Shown one piece after another: positions 38,374 through 47,198 of a stretch of 64,000 nucleotides of DNA. A model generated the notes under the pieces. The model was not told the origin of the DNA and made no database searches. It worked only from the letters and a program-made list of their open reading frames with translations. Every line of letters starts with the position of its first letter. Position 1 is the first letter of the stretch. The translations under genes and the position numbers were made by a program. Origin of the DNA: Macrostomum lignano (taxonomy: Eukaryota). Location of the stretch: positions 186,001 through 250,000 of the forward strand of contig NIVC01000249.1 in assembly GCA_002269645.1 (NCBI GenBank), read 5' to 3'.

Positions 38374-39222
38374 ATGTCCGTACTTACAATATTTGAGAGT
38401 TCGCCCGAAAGTACTGTCAAAAAAGCCAACAAGTTTAAGCTGAAGCAGAACTGGACTCCAGCAGGAAGAAAATTTAAGGAAGCCGCTGAGCTCTACCGTC
38501 AGAAAGGGGAAGACTTTGAGGTGGCAAAGTGTCTGAGCGAGGCGGCCAACTGCTTCGTCAAGGATGACGCACGCTTAGCGATTCTGGCACTGAATGAGGC
38601 GGCTGGAATCCACGGCGAGCTCGGCCACGTAAACTTTGCTGCCGGAATGCACAAGAATGTCGCCGAGTGGGCGGTGGGTCTGGAGCGCAAGATGCCCGGA
38701 CACCTTCTCTGGACTGATGTTGGCGGCCACTCGCAGCTCGATCAGCAGGAACGCCAAGCCTTGGAGAAGGAGCTGCAAGAGTCTGCTCTGAGCCTGGCAG
38801 CCAGACAATATGCCAAGGCGGCTGATCTATACAGAATGGAAAATAGTCCAGCGAACGAGGCCGAGTGCCGCGAGGAGAGAGCCAAGGTCCTGGCTGACAA
38901 GGGCGATGGGCAGCGAGCTGCCGACGAGTTCAAGGAGCTGACGAGACACGCTGAAAAGCACGAGCTGCTCAGCGCCAGAAAGCACGCGTTCCAGGCCTGT
39001 CTGTGCAGACTGGCGGCCGGACTGGACCCGGAGGTGGACGAGATCGGACGGGAATGTCCGGACTTTGCCAGGTCCGACCACAGCCAGTTGGTGCGGGACC
39101 TGGCCGCGGCTGCAAGTGAGACGGCTGTGATGGAGGCCCGGCGCAACTTTGAGAAGTTCAACGAGTTCGACAAATGGCAGGAGAGGCGGTTCGCCGAAGT
39201 GAAGCGCGGGAAGATACAGTGA
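38374..39222 (+). CDS. Divergent, N- and C-terminally truncated alpha-SNAP (NSF attachment protein) homologue, intronless CDS
   Basis: KANKFKLKQNWTPAGRKFKEAAELY..FEVAKCLSEAANCFVK..AAGMHKNVAE..YAKAADLYRME..AFQACLC..PDFARSD..FDKW tracks the alpha-SNAP TPR-like helices (AANMFKMAKNWSAAG..AAKHH.SIAE..SADYYKGE..FKAALC..PAFSDSRE..LDQW). Confidence 0.85.
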   Translation: MSVLTIFESSPESTVKKANKFKLKQNWTPAGRKFKEAAELYRQKGEDFEVAKCLSEAANCFVKDDARLAILALNEAAGIHGELGHVNFAAGMHKNVAEWAVGLERKMPGHLLWTDVGGHSQLDQQERQALEKELQESALSLAARQYAKAADLYRMENSPANEAECREERAKVLADKGDGQRAADEFKELTRHAEKHELLSARKHAFQACLCRLAAGLDPEVDEIGRECPDFARSDHSQLVRDLAAAASETAVMEARRNFEKFNEFDKWQERRFAEVKRGKIQ

Positions 39223-39619
39223 CAGCTCAAGAACCGTCGAGAACTACCGAGGAGCGAACTGATGTGAACATGACATTGTACTTTAATAGAACTGAACTTC
39301 AAATCTAACGCTAAGACTTGTTCTTGGATCAAAGAATATAAGATCTATGCCTTGGATACATGGGTCTAAAATTGTCGCACATGATTAATGGGATTCTACA
39401 ATAAAAATTAATTATTTTCAAGCAAAAATTATTACTCTTTAATATCGTTCATCTTGATTATAAAGCAATACATTCTGAAGTAAAAATTCATACCTAACAT
39501 TTTGCGAACTGTTTTTAGAAGAAGCATAACCCACATTATCAATGCATCGTTTCCTTAATTTCGAACTCTTATAATAATAATAACAAAATAATTGATTACA
39601 CCTGCCTAATTGGGCAGAC

Positions 39620-39844
39620 TTTTGAAGGCTGCGGGCTGTTCAGCTCAAGGACTGGGGGGGGGGGGTCCTCCCACATACCCCCAATTACCCCAGCTAATGC
39701 TGACACCCATTTTACAGCTGGGTGAACTGAAGCAATGCAGAGTTAAGTGTTTGCTCAAGGACACAAATTGTTCTGATTGGGTCGAGAATCGAACCCCCGA
39801 CCTTTCAGTTGTGAGTCCGACGCTCTAGCCACTTGGCTACAACC
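39620..39844 (-). mobile_element. tRNA-derived SINE family A, most complete copy
   Basis: Reverse strand reads GGTTGTAGCCAAGTGGCTAGAGCGTCGGACTCACAACTGAAAGGTCGGGGGTTCGATTCTCGACC followed by the TGTGTCCTTGAGCAAACACTTAAC core. Confidence 0.8.
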
Positions 39845-39914
39845 TCTTCTCTTATGAACTCGTATGCGCTTCATGCAAGTAAACCAATAAAGGTAGATAA
39901 ATGTAAAAAAAATT

Positions 39915-40030
39915 AATAATAATTATTACCCATCCAACCGGGCTACTACATCCTCTAAACAGAGTCAGAGCTGCTCAGCTCAGTGGACAATGGGTCGGGC
40001 TCTTCATGGCTTAATTGTGCAGCTCAATTC
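39915..40030 (-). mobile_element. Short LINE 3'-end fragment
   Basis: Homologous to 44876-44970; TAA/T-rich tail on the minus strand. Confidence 0.55.
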
Positions 40031-41424
40031 CATGAGGTACGTAATGTACGCATTTTTCGGAAAACTTGCCTCTTAAAATTTTCCAAGAAACGTAGCTTTC
40101 CGTCAATCCTAATTGCGTTGTCCTAGATTTGTCTATGGCGAAACCTCATTCAGCGCAATACGTTCTCGAGAGCTCACTAAATTCACTGGCGAAACGATAA
40201 GTTTACGTTCCTTTCCAGCTTTCTAAGAAAATCGTCCTGCGACATGCTACAAGTACTTCGGCTGCCCATGTTTAAACCATCTCACGGGCCCAACCGGACT
40301 GAAAATAAATTTGTTTATCGGAAAAAAGATCTGCCGATCCAGCACCGAATTCCAGATGCTGCCTGTCTCCACACTGTCTCTGCAGTCTCCAGTTTGCACT
40401 GCACAATCGACCATGTTGGCAAGCGACAGGCCGCGTTAACATGAAAACTTCCAGCATGTCAGCAGCGCGCCATCGCTCACAGCCTGTCATGTGGCCAGGG
40501 CCATCACGAGTGCACAGGATAAAAAAATCAAGTAGCAGCTTTAATCCAATGTCCATGGTGCATAGACCTTTCTTTTCCTCCATGAATAAGCCCTATTGGT
40601 TCACTTTTAATCTGTCTGTTTTCACCATGATTGTAGCGTAAAGGCCGTGGGTTTGAATCGCGTCACTCTTACTGAAAATCTGAGAAAAAATCTCAGTGTC
40701 TGAGTCCACCCATTCACACCTCAGCAACATGTTTTAGCTTAAAATCCAACTCTTAGCCACAATTCTCCAGTCTCTCCTGGGACATTGTGACGCAATTGCA
40801 TCTTCCACACAGTTGAGACAACAAAGAACCGCGTGCGTGGTGTAAATTGCATTCGTCACTTGAGGCTGAGATCTGAGGAGAGTTCTCAGATTGGAGAAAA
40901 TCCGTGCAGCTGTTAAAATAGTTGTCCAAATGCAAATAATAGCTATTCGTATTAAAACGTATTTAAAACCCCTGCTTTTACCTATAGGCTGAGTTGTATG
41001 CAAGGCCTGAGAACATCTTCAGGAACACACTTGAGATCTGCCTCAGTCGAATAACTATCCGAAGATCAAACTTAAATAAAACTTCTAAAGTACGACTCTA
41101 AGGTTGTTTGTATGCATAACGTCAAGTCCTTTACATTTAGCATTACAAAAGCTATTCAGCATGGTAACTCAATTTACGTAGGATCGCTAAAAATGCCAGA
41201 AGGAAGTTCCTCCTAATTGCTATTGCTTGATATGCACTCTCTGTAGTACGATTGTACATTGTACTGTACTGCATGCGCTCGTAGAAGGTGGAACTTCCCT
41301 TTTAAATGTACATCCCAATCCTACATTGGGTAGCCAGAGAGATGCGTATGGATGGAGTTTGGTAGATTTACTGAAATTCCCAGGTGAGCACTGACTGTCT
41401 ACATGATTTTGATGTTTTCGATTC

Positions 41425-41485
41425 GAGTGAGGGCTTACCGCCAGATGAGAGGACTTTGAGGTAGCCAAATGTCTGAGCCAGGCAT
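41425..41485 (+). pseudogene. Internal alpha-SNAP-like relic
   Basis: TACCGCCAGATGAGAGGACTTTGAGGTAGCCAAATGTCTGAGCCAGGCA matches 38494-38545 (YRQ..DFEVAKCLS.A). Confidence 0.7.
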
Positions 41486-41489
41486 TGCT

Positions 41490-42590
41490 TACTGAATTGT
41501 TGGTCACTGAACTATTGGTCACTGAACTATTGGTTACTAAATTGTTGGTCACTGAACTGTTGGTCACTGAACTATTGGTCACTGAACTATTGGTCACTGA
41601 ACTATTGGTCACTGAACTATTGGTCACTGAACTATTGGTTACTAAATTGTTGGTCACTGAACTGTTGGTTACTGAACTGTTGGTCACTGAACTATTGGTC
41701 ACTGAACTATTGGTCACTGAACTATTGGTTACTAAATTGTTGGTCACTGAACTGTTGGTTACTGAACTGTTGGTCACTGAACTGTTGGTCACTGAACTAT
41801 TGGTCACTGAACTATTGGTCACTGAACTGTTGGTCACTGAACTGTTGGTCACTGAACTGTTGGTTTACTGAACTATTAGTCACTGAACTGTTTGTTTACT
41901 GAACTGTTGGTCACTGAACTGTACTTGGTCACTGAACTGTTGGTTTACTGAACTATTAGTCACTGAACTGTACTTGGTCACTGAACTGTTGGTCACTGAA
42001 CTGTACTTGGTCACTGAACTGTTGGTCACTGAACTGTTGGTCACTGAACTGTACTTGGTCACTGAACTGTTGGTCACTGAACTGTACTTGGTCACTGAAC
42101 TATTGGTCACTGAACTGTTGGTCACTGAACTGTTGGTCACTGAACTGTTGGTCACTGAACTGTTGGTCACTGAACTGTTGGTTACTGAACTGTTGGTCAG
42201 TGAACTGTTGGTCACTGAACTGTTGGTTACTGAACTGTTGGTCACTGAACTGTTGGTCACTGAACTGTTGGTCACTGAACTGTTGGTCACTGAACTATTG
42301 GTCACTGAACTATTGGTCACTGAACTGTTGGTCACTGAACTATTGGTCACTGAACTATTGGTCACTGAACTGTTGGTCACTGAACTATTGGTCACTGAAC
42401 TATTGGTCACTGAACTATTGGTCACTGAACTATTGGTCACTGAACTATTGGTCACTGAACTGTTGGTCACTGAACTATTGGTCACTGAACTATTGGTCAC
42501 TGAACTATTGGTCACTGAACTATTGGTCACTGAACTATTGGTCACTGAACTATTGGTCACTGAACTATTGGTCACTGAACTGTTGGTTAC
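41490..42590. repeat. 15-nt minisatellite (ACTGAACTATTGGTC), ~70 units
   Basis: Directly visible; gives the spurious TNSSV/LVTEL ORFs. Confidence 0.97.
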
Positions 42591-42814
42591 CTATGGCCGG
42601 CCAAATAAAGAGAGATTTCAAGCAATCAATCATATCGTTAAGGATAACTTGTGAGTCTCACACACTTACAGATAAAAAACTAAAATGGCAAATAATACAC
42701 TACAGGACAAGCTACTATTACAGTATAAATATTGACGAATTGGAATATATATCGTACTTAACAATTAAAATATATCAGGCGAGTTGAAATATCAAGATAA
42801 AGCCGATCAGCTGG

Positions 42815-43771
42815 CTACTTTCCTTGGTTTTTTTTCAACTCCTCCAGCTCTCTTCGCAGGCGTTCATTTTCTGCCTGCGCTTCAGCTTCCTTCTTCTTCA
42901 ATTCAGCGACCTCCTGCTCTGTTATAGCGGCTTTCTCCTCTGCTTCAATGCTTTTCTTCTGAGCTTGGAGAGCCTGTTGCTGAGCTTCAGCAATCTTCTG
43001 ATATTGTAGGAGAACAGATTGGATAAGCTGAATTACTTCTTTTGTAAGCTGGACAGGACGGCTCCCGATTCTTTTCCCAACACCGTTGATTGTTCGCAGA
43101 GCGACGTCCAGCAGTTGTCGAGCCTTCTCGAACTTTTGAAAAAGTTTATCCAGTTCTTCTGCCCTATCATACCGTCTCTTGTTCGCATCTACCGAGGCCT
43201 GATAGTAGCTTGTTTGAGTGATGAGGCCAAATGTGGTGATTAATTCCATCCATTGATAAAAATTGTTCCAGTCGGCCTCCGATCTCGTGCTGGCCGCCTC
43301 TTTTCGAACTGTCTCTTCCTCCCGAGGTGTCTCATCTTTCACTCTCTCCGACACTCTCTGCAACTTTTTTATGCGCTCCACAAATTCATCCAAGTCACGC
43401 CCGAATCTTTCGAAGTCTTCGACGAGCTTGGTCAACGCGTTTTTCATGCTTTCAGCATTTTCATTTGTCAGAGTTCCCGAATTCGCAATGTTTTTCATCT
43501 CTTCGAAACATTTTGAGTGATCTTCGGCAATGCCTGCCACTTGACTATGCAACGATTCGGCAATGCGAAGGCAGTCCTTCACAACGTCTTTAAATTCCCG
43601 AAAGGGCAGCAAAGTCACGTTGATGGTGTCTGCACTAGTATCGACTGACTTGAGTTGTTCTTTTGCCTTTTTAAGTTCTTCGCCAATCTCTTTTATCATT
43701 ACACATGCATTGAAAGCTTTTCCAAGACTCTCCAAATCCTTGCCAAGTGAGGAACTCGCTGGAGTTGCCAT
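42815..43771 (-). CDS. 318-aa helical ClyA-like protein (copy B)
   Basis: Intact and colinear with copy A (same length, identical first 23 aa). Tongue segment WMELITTFGLITQTSYY. Confidence 0.7.
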   Translation of the reverse strand: MATPASSSLGKDLESLGKAFNACVMIKEIGEELKKAKEQLKSVDTSADTINVTLLPFREFKDVVKDCLRIAESLHSQVAGIAEDHSKCFEEMKNIANSGTLTNENAESMKNALTKLVEDFERFGRDLDEFVERIKKLQRVSERVKDETPREEETVRKEAASTRSEADWNNFYQWMELITTFGLITQTSYYQASVDANKRRYDRAEELDKLFQKFEKARQLLDVALRTINGVGKRIGSRPVQLTKEVIQLIQSVLLQYQKIAEAQQQALQAQKKSIEAEEKAAITEQEVAELKKKEAEAQAENERLRRELEELKKNQGK

Positions 43772-44479
43772 TTCTCTAAAAGGCAAAGTCAAATGATATT
43801 AAAGAAGCACCCCCCAGCAACGAGAGAGGCAGATAAAACGCCACTTTTCAGTTCAGAAAGATGCGTATGATAATAGCAGGGCTTTCATAGTTGCAATTGT
43901 ATAATAATAAAGCCGTTGGCTCAATAATGCGTGCACTTACTCGTACCCGGAAGTGAGACGCTCTGGTTGCTGTTCTGCACTTGTACCTTTGTAGGTGCTT
44001 AGATTGATTTGGTATTGTATTAGTTAACAACTTATATTTATGAATCTAATGTTTATCAAAAGTAGAAGTTCCCTTTCTGTCGAGTATGCACACAGCTCGT
44101 ACTTCAGGTCAGCACTGTGTACACGCCTGCTTGGCAAGTCAAAGTTCTATCTTTCTTGCTCGTTCTCGCAGTTCTCATTGTGACTATATTCGCACAGAGG
44201 GTTATAAAATCTTGCAGTTCACACAATGTGCTTGGTTGATGAACAGGCAAAAATTGAAGTTCCATATAAGCCGTACTCATTCAGTTGTGCATTCTTAATT
44301 TTATGCTGCAAGCCCACCAATCCAGTGGCTTGTTTGTCTCCTGCCCCCAGTGGGTGTGAACACAACACATCCACAGGCCGGGCATTCAATGTATTTAGCC
44401 AGGCATTGTTTGACTTCTGAAGTGTGTTAATTTAATCTGTTTATAGCTACTCAAAACATTTTTCACGATTCAAACTATT

Positions 44480-44558
44480 TTATTTGATAAAAACATGCCG
44501 ATATTTGAGAGTTCGACCAACAGTCCGGGACTCGCTGCGACAGAACTGAACTTCAAAG
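44480..44558 (+). pseudogene. Internally deleted alpha-SNAP-like gene of unit B
   Basis: TTGATAAAAACATGCCGATATTTGAGAGTTCG matches the SNAP start (38362-38403) and lies ~30 nt from AGAACTGAACTTCAAA, which matches the SNAP 3' flank (~39287-39302). Confidence 0.75.
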
Positions 44559-44864
44559 TTAGCCGTCATTATTCGCCTATGATTGATATGATTCTATTCG
44601 GATTTCTAAGAAATTATAAAGTTTATTAATTTATTTATTAATTTAGTTTTAAAAAAATAGAAAATTTATTACTTTCTACTTTATATTGTTGTTAATAACG
44701 TTCCTCTTGAAAATTAAATTGCACATGAAGTAAAAAATTCAAACTCGCCGTTCTGGGCATTTCTTGAGAAAAAAGCATGTCCCACATTGTAAATTCTTTA
44801 TTTCGAACTTTTTTGCAGTGCCGCACTACCAGTAAATCAATAGAGGTAGTTAAAAGTACATTTA

Positions 44865-45440
44865 CACGGTTATTAGCCATCCAACCGGACTACATCCTCC
44901 TAACCAGACTTGCTCAGCTCACCGGACAACGCATCGGACTCTCAATGGCTGAACTGTGCAGCTCCCTCCCACGAGGGCCAATCCTACCAAACACTTTGAC
45001 TCAACTGCAGGAGGTTCCGGGAATCCGGATACAGCAGGAGGCGGTCGAAGTCCATTCCGCAAACCCCTGACAACCACAGGCAGCTGGTACTGCGGTGTTG
45101 CGAAGGGAGATTGTGTGATTCTCCTAGCCATTTAGGTATCGGACGAGCTGGCAGATTCTCGGGCCTGAAAAATGTCGGAAAGGTCCGGGTGTGGGCCGAG
45201 GTAGGTGAGCCTGTTGAGTACAGGCGGGGCATTCACAGATGAAGTGCTCCGCATTCTCGACACCGGAGAGACAGAATGAGCATTCCTCACTGCGGATTTT
45301 CCCTGGAGGTCGCGATGCCTGGCAAAACAGCCATGGATGCCGCGCGGGATTGCCGGCAGTCGGGGGCGTCGGCCCACCACTCCCTGTGCTTACCGTAGAC
45401 GTCAGCCACTGGTTAATCCGAGTAATTTTGATGACTTTTT
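44865..45440 (-). mobile_element. Non-LTR retrotransposon (LINE) 3' fragment
   Basis: Minus strand encodes EECSFCLSGVENAEHFICECPA, then ..RLTYLG after a frameshift; this is the C-terminal CCHC-type motif typical of LINE ORF2. Confidence 0.7.
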
Positions 45441-46171
45441 CGTCCTGTCCAAGCTTTTAAGAGCGGCACACTTGAGGTCAGATTGAATACAGATCCCAGT
45501 GATATGTTGCGACAAGATGCGATTACAAACAATTCAAAATATGTTTTATTTACTCCGTACTCGTACTAAGATCTTCTTTAAAGCAAAAATTGATGAAAAA
45601 CAGGCATGGCCCCGAGTTACATTTTTGAAAGCATATTTTTTCATTATTTTAGTACTGGCATTGACTACTTGATCTAAAACTTGACTCGACCAAAGTCCAC
45701 TACCAGCCGGCCTCAGGAGTATGTACATGTCTGACAATGAGAGTCAGGGCTACTGTACACAGCATGTGCCTGTGTAAGTGTTCTCTCTGTCCGGATTGCA
45801 TTCTCCCTAACTGGTTTACATTCTCCCTAACTGGTTTACATTCTCCCTAACTAGTTCATACCCTCCCAAACTAGTTTACATCCTCACAAAAGGGATTACA
45901 TGTACATTATCCGAAATTGAATTAATATGAAAAAGAAAAAATACATTTAAAACTTTAAATTTTCGAATCTTTTATAGTAAAATATGCGACAGTCACTACA
46001 GCAGGTATCCTGCCCCTATCCAATGTATTAATAAATACATTCTTGTCTTGCATAATGAGCATAAATGACGAATTGATGTATGACTAAATTGAAGCATATT
46101 TTACGAGCTACACTACAAATTGATCATGCAATCGGGACACCGCAGTAGCGAATGTGAAGCAAGCTTGAAAA

Positions 46172-47001
46172 CAGGGGTCGGCAAACGTTTTTACTTAAAG
46201 GGCCAAAAAAGAATCTAAATCAATAGATGATCATGCTGCGGGCCAGATGAGAGAAGAAAGCAATGGGAATGAGAGAGCGAGAAGAGGAAAGACGAGATGA
46301 GAGACCACAGAAGAGAGGTGAGGGGCGAGATGGGAGTTGCGATGAGAGATGAAAGTAGAGAAGAAAGAGGAGATGAGATGAGAGGAAATTAGATGAGAGA
46401 AAAAGGAGAGAAGAGAGGAGAGGAGAGGAAAGGAAGAGGAAGAGGAAGAGGAGAGGAGAGGAAGAGGAAGAGGAAGAGGAGAGGAGAGGAAGAGGAAGAG
46501 GAGAGAAGAGGAGAGGAGAGGAGAGGAGAGGAAGAGGAGAGGAGAGGAGAGGAAAGGAGAGGAGAGGAGAGGAAGAGGAAGAGGAGAGGAGAGGAAGAGG
46601 AAGAGGAGAGGAGAGGAGAGGAGAGGAAAGGAGAGGAGAGGAGAGGAGAGGAAAGGAGAGGAGAGGAGAGGAAAGGAGAGGAGAGGAGAGGAAGAGGAGA
46701 GGAGAGGAAGAGGAAGAGGAGAGGAGAGGAGAGGAAGAGGAAGAGGAGAGGAGAGGAAGAGGAAGAGGAGAGGAGAGGAGAGGAAGAGGAAGAGGAGAGG
46801 AGAGGAGAGGAGAGGAGAGGAGAGGAGAAGAGAGGAGATGAGAGGAGATGAGAGGAGAGGAGAGGAGAGGAGAGGAGGAGAAAAAAGATGGGAGAGAGGA
46901 GAGTACTGAGAAGAGAGCTGAGAAGAGCCACAAAGCCTGAGCAGGCCAGATTGCTATTGCAAAGTTTCAAAAGACCCGAGGGCCGGAGTTGCCGACCCCT
47001 G
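46172..47001. mobile_element. hAT (Charlie-like) non-autonomous element carrying an expanded (GAGAG/GAA) tract
   Basis: TIRs CAGGGGTCGGCAAAC..GTTGCCGACCCCTG; imperfect TSD CTTGAAAA/CTTTGAAA; GA-rich interior ~46250-46920. Confidence 0.8.
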
Positions 47002-47198
47002 CTTTGAAAAGCGGCTGCAAGACATGACAGCAGTTTGCACAGACAGTGAGCACGGGTACACATGAAAAGAGTCAATATAAAAACATTAAGCAGTAGCAAA
47101 CATCAGCTGCCAGAGCGCAGGAAAAATGTAACAAGAGAGCGCGTGAACAAAGCACTGTATTGCACTGTACAGGCGGCAGCTGGAGAGCGGCATCAGTG

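Noticed and set aside
39775-39844. Functional tRNA gene
   Set aside because: The tRNA-like head runs into a SINE body shared by three copies, and no proper acceptor stem is seen.
41220-42787. TNSSV/LVTEL repeat ORFs resembling mucin or antifreeze proteins
   Set aside because: Product of a 15-nt minisatellite open on both strands.
46220-47099. Leu/Ser-rich membrane-like and E/R-rich ORFs, likewise at 9997-10710 and 58804-59977
   Set aside because: Translations of GA/CT low-complexity tracts.
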